Below are positions 1-9,128 of a stretch of DNA of 46,753 nucleotides, piece after piece. Each line of letters begins with the position of its first letter. The stretch's first letter is position 1. Origin of the DNA: Desulfonema limicola (GTDB lineage Bacteria > Desulfobacterota > Desulfobacteria > Desulfobacterales > Desulfosalsimonadaceae); the NCBI GenBank assembly GCA_020722245.1, contig DYLE01000001.1:1-46753 (forward strand), in the 5' to 3' direction. A program made the position numbers and the translations under genes. Below the pieces are notes generated by a model. That model was not told the DNA's origin. It saw only the letters and a list, made by a program, of their open reading frames with translations, and did not search any database.

Positions 1-148
1 CTGTGGTTAAATCCTTCATTTTCGAATTTGAAAAACCTAAGTTCCTTGGAAGTCAAAACTGTTCGCTTCGTGAGTCTTTCGGGGCGCTTATTCCCCCGAA
101 ATCCTCAATCTTGCTCACAGCTGACTTTTTACTGATGCATCACGTTGG
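1..148 (+). repeat. Copy A (5'-truncated by the window edge) of a modular structured intergenic repeat: flank ctgtggttaa...ccttggaa, imperfect palindrome P (52-124), tail tttttactg
   Basis: Bases 1-51 align with mismatches to 6062-6112 and to the reverse complement of 23477-23528. Bases 52-86 are identical to 23318-23352. Bases 87-124 match 23438-23476 with a few mismatches. Tail 125-133 is the reverse complement of 23309-23317. Confidence 0.8.
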
Positions 149-178
149 TAATGCAGGGCTTAGAAAAAGGAGGAGCTG

Positions 179-2134
<1,956 letters not shown>

Positions 2135-2145
2135 AGGAGTCATCA

Positions 2146-2910
2146 GTGACCGGCCCGACAAACCCCATCGATAACCTGTCCCCAAAAGACCTTGCCCAAT
2201 ACGTGATCAACCTGTTTCACCGGATCATCGTCCATTACGCCTTCTGGTTTACCGAGGTCCGGCACCAGATGGGAATGGAGGCGGCCCTGGACATTATGGA
2301 GAGCGCCACCAACCGAAGCCTTCAGATTCAGATGGAGCGTTTATCCAAAACCCTTGGTTTTGGAATTCAGGACGGGCTTCCTTCAGCTCTGGCGGACATG
2401 CCTAAAACCTCCTTGTTGAAGCTTTTAAACAGCGTATCCGCCAACTGGCTCGCCAACGACGGGGTCTGGTTTCAGGCCGTGGAGTTCAGCCACGGCTTAA
2501 ACGATGCCAAGCGGTGCAACGACTCGGCCTGGGCCCAGTTCTCGCCGTTTGAAGCCTGGTCTATTCGCAAATTTTTCAATATGCCCGAACACCCCGGGCT
2601 GGAGGGGCTGAAAAAAGCGCTGGGCTTCCGCCTCTATGCCCACATCAACGTGCAATCCATCGTGGAGGAAGGCCCCACGAGCTTTGTTTTTCAAATGAAC
2701 GACTGCCGGGTTCAGTCGGCCAGAAAGCGCAAAGGTCTGGAGGATTACCCCTGCAAGACCGCCGGGCTGGTGGAGTATACCTATTTTGCCCGGGCGATCG
2801 ACGACCGGATTCAGACCGAATGCCTGGGATGCCCGCCGGACCCGCATCCGGAGCAGTGGTACTGCGCCTGGCGGTTCTCCATTCCCGCAGACAAAGAGGG
2901 GTTGCCATGA
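2146..2910 (+). CDS. Conserved hypothetical Cys-rich cytosolic protein of unknown function
   Basis: The ORF track opens at TTG 2131. I prefer GTG 2146 because GAAGGAG (2133-2139) sits 6 nt upstream. The C-terminal region carries 5 Cys including a CLGC pair. It overlaps the next gene by ATGA. The family is not recognised with confidence. Confidence 0.7.
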   Translation: MTGPTNPIDNLSPKDLAQYVINLFHRIIVHYAFWFTEVRHQMGMEAALDIMESATNRSLQIQMERLSKTLGFGIQDGLPSALADMPKTSLLKLLNSVSANWLANDGVWFQAVEFSHGLNDAKRCNDSAWAQFSPFEAWSIRKFFNMPEHPGLEGLKKALGFRLYAHINVQSIVEEGPTSFVFQMNDCRVQSARKRKGLEDYPCKTAGLVEYTYFARAIDDRIQTECLGCPPDPHPEQWYCAWRFSIPADKEGLP

Positions 2911-3710
2911 GGTATCAGGAAATCCTGTTTGAGAAAAAGAACGGTATCGCCCTGCTGACCTTAAACCGTCCGGACATCCGCAACGCCATCACCGGGGCGC
3001 GGATGATCGATGAGATCGAGGATGCCTGCCGGTCCGTGAATGCGGATGGCGCCGTGAAGGTGCTGATCATCACGGCGGCTGATCCGGCGTTTTCAGCCGG
3101 CGGGAACATCAAGGAGATGGCGGCGAAAACCGGAATGTTTGCCGGAACCCCGGCCCAGCTCATGGAAAGCTACCGCAGGCAGGTGCAACGGATTCCTCTG
3201 GCGGTTTATGGAATTGAAGCCCCCACCATTGCGGCGGTGAACGGCCCGGCCATCGGCGCCGGATGCGACCTGGCCCTCATGTGCGACATGCGGGTCGCTT
3301 CGGAAAGGGCGGTCTTCGGCGAAACCTTTATTTGTGTCGGCCTGATTCCGGGGGACGGCGGTTCCTACTTCCTGCCCCGGATCGTGGGCATGGCCCGGGC
3401 CTGTGAAATGACGTTTACCGGAGAGCGGGTGGACGCGAAAAAGGCCCTGGCCATCGGCCTGGTCAATGCCGTGGTGCCCCATGACCGGTTGATTCAGGAG
3501 GCTGTGGCGCTTGCCGAAAGGATCGCCGAAAAGCCTGCTCAAGCCCTGCGCATGGCCAAGCGGCTTCTCTACATGGGCCAAGACGTCAGCCTGCGAAGCC
3601 TGCTGGAGCAGTCCGCGGCCTACCAGGCCCTCTGCCATCACACCGAGGACCACATGGAGGCCCTGGCGGCCGTGTTTGAAAAGCGAAAGCCTGAGTTCAA
3701 GGGCCGGTAA
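2907..3710 (+). CDS. Enoyl-CoA hydratase/isomerase (crotonase superfamily)
   Basis: MRYQEILFEKKNGIALLTLNRPDIRNA and GPAIGAGCDLALMCDMR...FGETFICVGLIPGDGG are crotonase-fold signatures. ATG 2907 overlaps the upstream stop (ATGA). The track ORF start at 2820 is an upstream extension. Confidence 0.9.
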   Translation: MRYQEILFEKKNGIALLTLNRPDIRNAITGARMIDEIEDACRSVNADGAVKVLIITAADPAFSAGGNIKEMAAKTGMFAGTPAQLMESYRRQVQRIPLAVYGIEAPTIAAVNGPAIGAGCDLALMCDMRVASERAVFGETFICVGLIPGDGGSYFLPRIVGMARACEMTFTGERVDAKKALAIGLVNAVVPHDRLIQEAVALAERIAEKPAQALRMAKRLLYMGQDVSLRSLLEQSAAYQALCHHTEDHMEALAAVFEKRKPEFKGR

Positions 3711-3797
3711 ATAGCGCCTCGGCAGCTGTGCGGAAGGTTCTTTTGAGCAAGCCTATGGAATTACTTGAGCGGATTGCCGTCAACTGGCGGATAAGCG

Positions 3798-4196
3798 ATG
3801 AGCGTTAAGCTGTTTGGCAGAAAAAATTCGGGAATCGGTCTGGCCCTCATCAGCCTGGGGCTGATCCTCACCTATAACCTGTTTCATGAGAAATCCGATA
3901 GAATCCCGCTGCTCTTCTCTGACGAGCTGATATTTTACGGCCCGGCCCTTCTGATCGCCGGAATCGTGCTGGTGCTTCGGCGTGGGGCTTGGAACCAGAG
4001 GATTTTTTCCAGGGCTCTTTTTCTTCAAGTGGGCCTGATCATGCTGATACTGGGCGGGTTTCCCTGGATTTACACACCGCTGATTATCCGTGACGGCGGA
4101 ATGGAAGGCTCCGGCATGCTGGGGTTAATCATTTTTATTTTTCTCGGCCTTCCCGGACTGATCGTTACGGTTCTCGGCCTTTTGATGAGGGATTAA
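3798..4196 (+). CDS. Small integral membrane protein, hypothetical
   Basis: 132-aa ORF with about four hydrophobic segments. No recognisable family. Confidence 0.55.
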   Translation: MSVKLFGRKNSGIGLALISLGLILTYNLFHEKSDRIPLLFSDELIFYGPALLIAGIVLVLRRGAWNQRIFSRALFLQVGLIMLILGGFPWIYTPLIIRDGGMEGSGMLGLIIFIFLGLPGLIVTVLGLLMRD

Positions 4197-4202
4197 AAGC
4201 GT

Positions 4203-5105
4203 GTGAATCTGCATGACCGCCAGCGCGATATCCGTAAAGTAACCGGGGCCGGGCTTGTCCTGAATCTGATACTTTTCGGTTTCAAGTTTGCTGCCGGCAT
4301 CGCCGGATCAAGCCAGGCCGTGGTGGCGGACGCCATACACAGCCTGACCGACGGCCTGACCGATATCCTTGTCATCGCCGGATCCTACTTCTGGGAAATG
4401 CCTCCGGATGCCCATCATCCTTACGGCCACCGCCGGATTGAAACCCTTGTGACCCTTGTGATCGGCGCGGTTCTTCTGCTGACAGGGATCGGGATCGCCT
4501 GGCAGGCGGTCGGACGGTTTTATGCGGGAGCGTCCCCTTCGCCGGGCTGGATCGCCGCCCTGGCCGCCGCCGTTTCCATCGTCGTCAAGGAGATGCTCTA
4601 CCGCTGGACCATCCGGGCCGGAAAAAGGCTTAAGAGTCCGGCCCTGATGGCCAATGCCTGGGATCACCGCTCAGACGCTCTCGGCTCGATCCTTACGCTT
4701 GTCGCCGTCAGCGGTGCGATCCTTTTTCCCGCCTGGTCTTTTCTGGACCAGGCGGGCGCTGCAGTGATTTCTGTTTTTATACTGCATGCAGCGGCCTCCA
4801 TCCTGTGGCCTTCACTCCGGGAGTTGCTGGATGTAGCCGCGCCTGAGGAGGTATGCGGGCAAATAAAGGCCGTCTGCCTTGAACACAGCGCGGTCAGACA
4901 GGTGCATAAACTCAGAACCCGGTATGCCGGGATGCGGATTTACGCGGACCTGCATCTCCTTGTGGACGGAAAAATGACCGTGTCTGAAGGCCACCGTGTC
5001 GCCGGGGAGGTTAAAAACAGAATATTGTCCGAGGTTTCCGATATTATGGATGTGCTGATCCATATCGAGCCGGCGGATGAGGTGCCTGCAGAGGAAAGCT
5101 GTTGA
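4203..5105 (+). CDS. Cation diffusion facilitator (CDF) family divalent-metal efflux transporter
   Basis: GTG start. Contains the TM2 motif DAIHSLTDGLTD and the TM5 motif WDHRSDALGS, followed by a C-terminal cytoplasmic domain. Confidence 0.88.
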   Translation: MNLHDRQRDIRKVTGAGLVLNLILFGFKFAAGIAGSSQAVVADAIHSLTDGLTDILVIAGSYFWEMPPDAHHPYGHRRIETLVTLVIGAVLLLTGIGIAWQAVGRFYAGASPSPGWIAALAAAVSIVVKEMLYRWTIRAGKRLKSPALMANAWDHRSDALGSILTLVAVSGAILFPAWSFLDQAGAAVISVFILHAAASILWPSLRELLDVAAPEEVCGQIKAVCLEHSAVRQVHKLRTRYAGMRIYADLHLLVDGKMTVSEGHRVAGEVKNRILSEVSDIMDVLIHIEPADEVPAEESC

Positions 5106-5157
5106 ACGGTTTTTTTTTCGTATTCCATCTTTTTTTTGTAGGACGTTTTGAATCCGT

Positions 5158-5748
5158 TCAGAGGCAGACCAGAGGATTCATATCGTAGAGGGGTGCGCCG
5201 GCCCTGGCCACAGGTGCCATGGCGCCGAGCCTCGGGCTGATGACCCCGCCGCCCTTGAGGATCGCGATCATGGCGCCGGTTTTATTGGCGATGCCGGTTT
5301 TTAAGCAGGCCGCATGAATCCGGGGGGCGCTGATGATCCGGTGGACGGCATAGCCTTTCATGGTCTCCACAAGCTCGGGTATCTTTTCCCATTGGGGTTC
5401 GCCCATGTCTCGATACAGGGATCGCAACGCCCTTTCGAGCTCAAATTCGCCGGTTTCCAGGGCAACCCTGATGAGGTATCGGACGATATTGGGCATTTCA
5501 TAGGCTTCACCGGGCGCCGGCATCAGAATCCGGTCATCCCATTCCCCGCACCGGGCCGCGCGCCGGGGAATCAGAAGCTTAAAGTCCCAGGCCAGCAGCA
5601 GGATTTCCGCGAAATCAACGTTTGCGATGTTTTTGATTTCATCGGAGGTGACGGCGGATTTCCGGTACGCCGTCGCCAGAACTTCGGCAAGCCGGGGCAG
5701 GAGCGCATCCTCTCCGATCACCTTTAGGGCCTGTTCGAGTTTTTTCAT
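5158..5748 (-). CDS. Hypothetical protein (196 aa), no recognised family
   Basis: Clean ATG ORF, convergent with the CDF gene and divergent from the 6244 operon. Composition is coding-like. Confidence 0.6.
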   Translation of the reverse strand: MKKLEQALKVIGEDALLPRLAEVLATAYRKSAVTSDEIKNIANVDFAEILLLAWDFKLLIPRRAARCGEWDDRILMPAPGEAYEMPNIVRYLIRVALETGEFELERALRSLYRDMGEPQWEKIPELVETMKGYAVHRIISAPRIHAACLKTGIANKTGAMIAILKGGGVISPRLGAMAPVARAGAPLYDMNPLVCL

Positions 5749-5862
5749 GGTCTATATCGAGTACCCTTCTTTTTTATTTTATTATACTCCATCAGCCGAT
5801 TTTTTTAAAGGAATCAACGGATGAAAATCTCAATGCCCCCTCTGCGTTTTTGCCCGCTTTTC

Positions 5863-5891
5863 TTGACACATAGGGATCACTTTGAGATACT
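5863..5891 (+). promoter_or_regulatory. Sigma70-like promoter candidate TTGACA-N17-GATACT reading into repeat copy B and the 6244 operon
   Basis: TTGACA at 5863-5868, a 17-nt spacer, and GATACT at 5886-5891. Sequence match only. Confidence 0.3.
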
Positions 5892-5900
5892 TTTTTTGAT

Positions 5901-6177
5901 GGTTTCATAAAAAGATGTTTATCCCGCTATGCGGTATTTTTATAGTAAGTAACTTACCAATTTTTTTTGAATATTTTTATTACAGAAAGAGAAGGCTGAA
6001 GGTAGAAGACTGAAGTCTGAAGGTGAAAAACTGGCGTTTTTCTCTGTGTGCTTTGTGCTCTCTGTGGTTAATTTGTTTATTCTTCAAACCGGAAAATCTA
6101 AGTCCCTTGGAATCTCAATATCTGCGTTGCGCTGCATCCCTCGGGATTTGCGACGCCTTGATCTTGAATTTTTTACT
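5901..6177 (+). repeat. Copy B of the modular structured intergenic repeat
   Basis: Modules in order: ggtttcat...tatcccgctat (5901-5930); five tandem heptads gaaggct gaaggta gaagact gaagtct gaaggtg (5991-6025); 42-nt block gtttttctctgtgtgctttgtgctctctgtggttaatttgtt (6036-6077), identical to the reverse complement of 23513-23554; flank to 6112; divergent imperfect palindrome centred on ccctcggg (6113-6168); tail ttttttact (6169-6177). Confidence 0.85.
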
Positions 6178-6243
6178 TTGCCATCCAACTTGATTTTTTA
6201 TGAGTTTATTCTTTTTTAATCTTAAACAAGAGAGAGAAAAATT

Positions 6244-7212
6244 ATGCTCAAGACCAGGGTAACGGAGATGCTGGGGATCGACTATCCGCTCATCGGCGGC
6301 GCCATGATGTGGATATCCAACGCCGAGTACGTATCGGCCATGTCCAACGCCGGAGGCATGGGGATTATCGCCTCCGCCAACTATCCATCCAAAGATGCCT
6401 TTGCTGCGGCCATCGGTAAAATGAAGCACCTCACTGATAAACCCTTCGGGGTCAATATCAACCTTTTTCCCGCCATGCGGCAGATCGACAACAATGAGTA
6501 TATCGATGTCATGGCCGATTATGGGTTAAAGATCGTCGAAACCTCCGGACATCATGCGCCGGAAGAACTGGTCGGCCGTTTCAAGGACCTGGGCATGACC
6601 TGGATTCACAAGTGCGTGGGGGTGCGTTACGCCAAAAAGGTGGAGGAGATGGGCGCGGACATCGTCACGGTGGTGGGGTATGAAAACGGCGGCGCCACCG
6701 GAATGCTGGACATCGGGACCCTGGTGCTGGTCCCGGTGGTGGTGGATGCGGTCCGTCTGCCGGTTATCGGAGGAGGCGGGGTGGCTGACGGAAGAGGGCT
6801 TGCGGCAATCCTGGCCCTGGGCGGCTCAGCAGCCATCATGGGGACCCGCCTGTTAGCCACCCAGGAAGCGCCGATTCACGAAGAGATAAAAAAGGCCCTG
6901 GTCAACGCCTCGGAAACCGACACGATGCTGATCATGCGCTCCCTGAAAGCCACCCACCGGGTGCTGGCCAATCAGGCCGCCAGAGACTGCCTGGCCCTGG
7001 AGGAAAGCAAGGCGGATTTTATGAAGATCTATGAGGTGATCAAGGGGGAAAACGCCAAACGGATGTTTGACAAGGGGGAGATCGACAGCGGTATCCTGGC
7101 CTGCGGCCAGGGGGTGGGGCTGGTGCATGACATTCCCAGCATCAAGGATCTTTTTGACAGGATCGTAAAACAGGCCGCTGAGGTGATCGCGGGTTTGATG
7201 AAAAAGATTTAA
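6244..7212 (+). CDS. NAD(P)H-dependent FMN oxidoreductase of the nitronate monooxygenase / FabK-like enoyl reductase family
   Basis: MLGIDYPLIGGAMMWISNAEYVSAMSNAGGMGII and the later IGGGGVADGRG are TIM-barrel FMN signatures of this family. Confidence 0.85.
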   Translation: MLKTRVTEMLGIDYPLIGGAMMWISNAEYVSAMSNAGGMGIIASANYPSKDAFAAAIGKMKHLTDKPFGVNINLFPAMRQIDNNEYIDVMADYGLKIVETSGHHAPEELVGRFKDLGMTWIHKCVGVRYAKKVEEMGADIVTVVGYENGGATGMLDIGTLVLVPVVVDAVRLPVIGGGGVADGRGLAAILALGGSAAIMGTRLLATQEAPIHEEIKKALVNASETDTMLIMRSLKATHRVLANQAARDCLALEESKADFMKIYEVIKGENAKRMFDKGEIDSGILACGQGVGLVHDIPSIKDLFDRIVKQAAEVIAGLMKKI

Positions 7213-7235
7213 ATCAGGTTACAGCGCATAGGGAA

Positions 7236-9128
7236 ATGGATTTAAAGGCGTACTGCCCCCAGAAAATCATGACCGCCCGGGAGGCCATTGCCCGGGTTAA
7301 AACCGGAAGCCGGATTTTTATCGGATCCGGATGCGGCGAGCCCCAGCATCTGATTCATGCACTGGTCCGCAGAGACGATTTGCAGGACATCATGATCTAC
7401 CAGATGCTTTCGTTTACCCTGGCGAAATACATCGACGACCCTGGTTTTATGAGGCGGTTTTTCCTGAAACTTTTTTTCATCAGCCGGGACATGAGAAAAG
7501 CCGCGTTTGAGGGTAAAATTGATTACATCCCCGCCTATCTGTCTCAGATCCCCCGCCTGTTTTACGGCAAGTGGATCGGACTGGATGTGGCCCTTGTTCA
7601 GGTCAGTCCGCCTGACAAGCACGGTTATTGCAGTCTGGGGGTTTCCGTGGACATCACCCGTGCCGGAATGGCCAATGCCTCCCTGGTGATCGCCCAGGTG
7701 AACCGCCACATGCCCGCCACCCGGGGGGACAGCCATGTTCATGTGGATGAAATCGATTACCTGGTGTTGCAGGATGAGCCCATCGTGGAGTATTTCCCTG
7801 CCGTCCAGAAGGATGAGGAGGTGGCCCGGCGGATCGGGCATTATGTGTCCCAGCTGGTGGATGACGGCGCCACCCTCCAGATCGGGTTCGGCACCCTGCC
7901 GAACGTGATCCTGGGGTTTTTAGGGGATAAAAAGGACCTGGGGGTTCATACCCAGGTGATCACCGACGGGTTTATTCCGCTCATCGAGAACAACGTCATC
8001 ACCTGCAAGAAAAAGAACCACCTGCCCGGAAGAATCGTCGCCTCCCTGTGCATGGGTTCCAGACAGCTGTATGCCTATGTGGACAACAACCCCTTATTTT
8101 ACTTCCGTTCAGCGGATTATGTGAATGACCCCAACATCATCGCCTTAAACGACAACCTGATTTCCATCAGCTCCGCCCTGGAGGTGGATTTGACCGGGCA
8201 GATCTGCTCCGACTCGGTGGGATACATGTTTTACAGCGGCATCGGGGACCAGGTGGACTTCCTTCGGGGCAGCGCCATGTCAAAAGGGGGGTTTTCGATC
8301 ATTGCGCTTCCTTCCACGGCCCAGAACGGCCAGGTTTCCCGCATCCTTCCCCATTTGAGCGAGGGGGCCGGCGTGGCCACCACCCGCGGGGACGCCCATT
8401 TCGTGGTGACGGAGTATGGAATCGCCGAGCTCCAGGGAAAGAGCATTTACCAGCGGGTGATGGAAATGACCCAGATTGCGCATCCGAAATTCAGGGCCAC
8501 GCTGATCGAGATCGCGAAAAAGCGCCATTATATTTTCTCGGATCAGCTCCCTCCGATCCAGGATGATCTGATTTTCATCGAAGGGTATAAAACCAGCATG
8601 CGGCTTAAAAACAACCGGGTGGTGGAGTTTCGGCCCATCCTTCCTTCCGATGAATTCAGTTACCGCAATTTTTTTTATTCCCTGCAGGAGCAGACGGTGT
8701 ATTTTCGATTTTTTTACCGGATGAAGACCTTTTCCCATGAGGTCGTTCAGAAGCACTGGGCGAGCGTGGACTATCGGAAGAACATGTCCATCATCGGGCT
8801 GGTCATGCGCGGCGGTCACAAGGAAATCATCGCCATCGGCACCTATGCCGAGACCGAGCACCAGGATATGGCCGAGGTCGCCTTTGTGGTTCGCGAAGAC
8901 TATCAGAACATGGGGATCGCGTCTTTTCTCATGCGCCAGCTGGAAGATATCGCCAAAAAAAATAATTATAAGGGGTTTATCGCCACGGTGTTAAGAGAAA
9001 ACCATGCGATGCTGCGCTCTTTTAAAAAGAACTATCCAAACCTGCTCGTAAAACAGGATGCGCATCCCGAGCTCACCCTGATCATGAAGTTTGAACAGGA
9101 TCAGAAGAAGGAAGACCCCGCTTTCTAG
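7236..9128 (+). CDS. Fusion protein: acetyl-CoA hydrolase/transferase-family domain (about aa 1-440) plus a C-terminal Pat-type GNAT acyltransferase domain (about aa 460-630)
   Basis: The N-terminal part resembles 4-hydroxybutyrate/acetyl-CoA transferases (EAIARVKTGSRIFIGSG..., SSALEVDLTGQ, GIGDQVDFLRG). The C-terminal part, FRPILPSDEFSYRNFFYSLQEQTVYFRFFY...VREDYQNMGIASFLM, resembles the GNAT domain of protein lysine acetyltransferase Pat. Confidence 0.85.
   Translation: MDLKAYCPQKIMTAREAIARVKTGSRIFIGSGCGEPQHLIHALVRRDDLQDIMIYQMLSFTLAKYIDDPGFMRRFFLKLFFISRDMRKAAFEGKIDYIPAYLSQIPRLFYGKWIGLDVALVQVSPPDKHGYCSLGVSVDITRAGMANASLVIAQVNRHMPATRGDSHVHVDEIDYLVLQDEPIVEYFPAVQKDEEVARRIGHYVSQLVDDGATLQIGFGTLPNVILGFLGDKKDLGVHTQVITDGFIPLIENNVITCKKKNHLPGRIVASLCMGSRQLYAYVDNNPLFYFRSADYVNDPNIIALNDNLISISSALEVDLTGQICSDSVGYMFYSGIGDQVDFLRGSAMSKGGFSIIALPSTAQNGQVSRILPHLSEGAGVATTRGDAHFVVTEYGIAELQGKSIYQRVMEMTQIAHPKFRATLIEIAKKRHYIFSDQLPPIQDDLIFIEGYKTSMRLKNNRVVEFRPILPSDEFSYRNFFYSLQEQTVYFRFFYRMKTFSHEVVQKHWASVDYRKNMSIIGLVMRGGHKEIIAIGTYAETEHQDMAEVAFVVREDYQNMGIASFLMRQLEDIAKKNNYKGFIATVLRENHAMLRSFKKNYPNLLVKQDAHPELTLIMKFEQDQKKEDPAF

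Noticed and set aside
5106-5157. A possible bidirectional terminator between the convergent CDF and hypothetical genes (gaacgg...ccgttc with T-runs).
   Set aside because: The stem is only 6 bp with a loop of about 40 nt. The T-runs lie inside the loop rather than following a stable hairpin.
5991-6025. Whether the tandem 7-mer array (GAAGGCT x5) and its inverted twin at 23566-23600 could be a CRISPR array or a minisatellite.
   Set aside because: The units are only 7 nt long and directly abutting, with no spacers. The copy number is identical in both copies, and the array is embedded in a larger repeat. This is not CRISPR-like.
6115-6429. The 104-aa minus-strand ORF spanning repeat copy B and the 5' end of the 6244 gene, and the 68-aa ORF at 37652-37858 in the divergent control region.
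   Set aside because: They overlap a repeat or promoter region and a strong opposite-strand gene. They have no SD and implausible composition.
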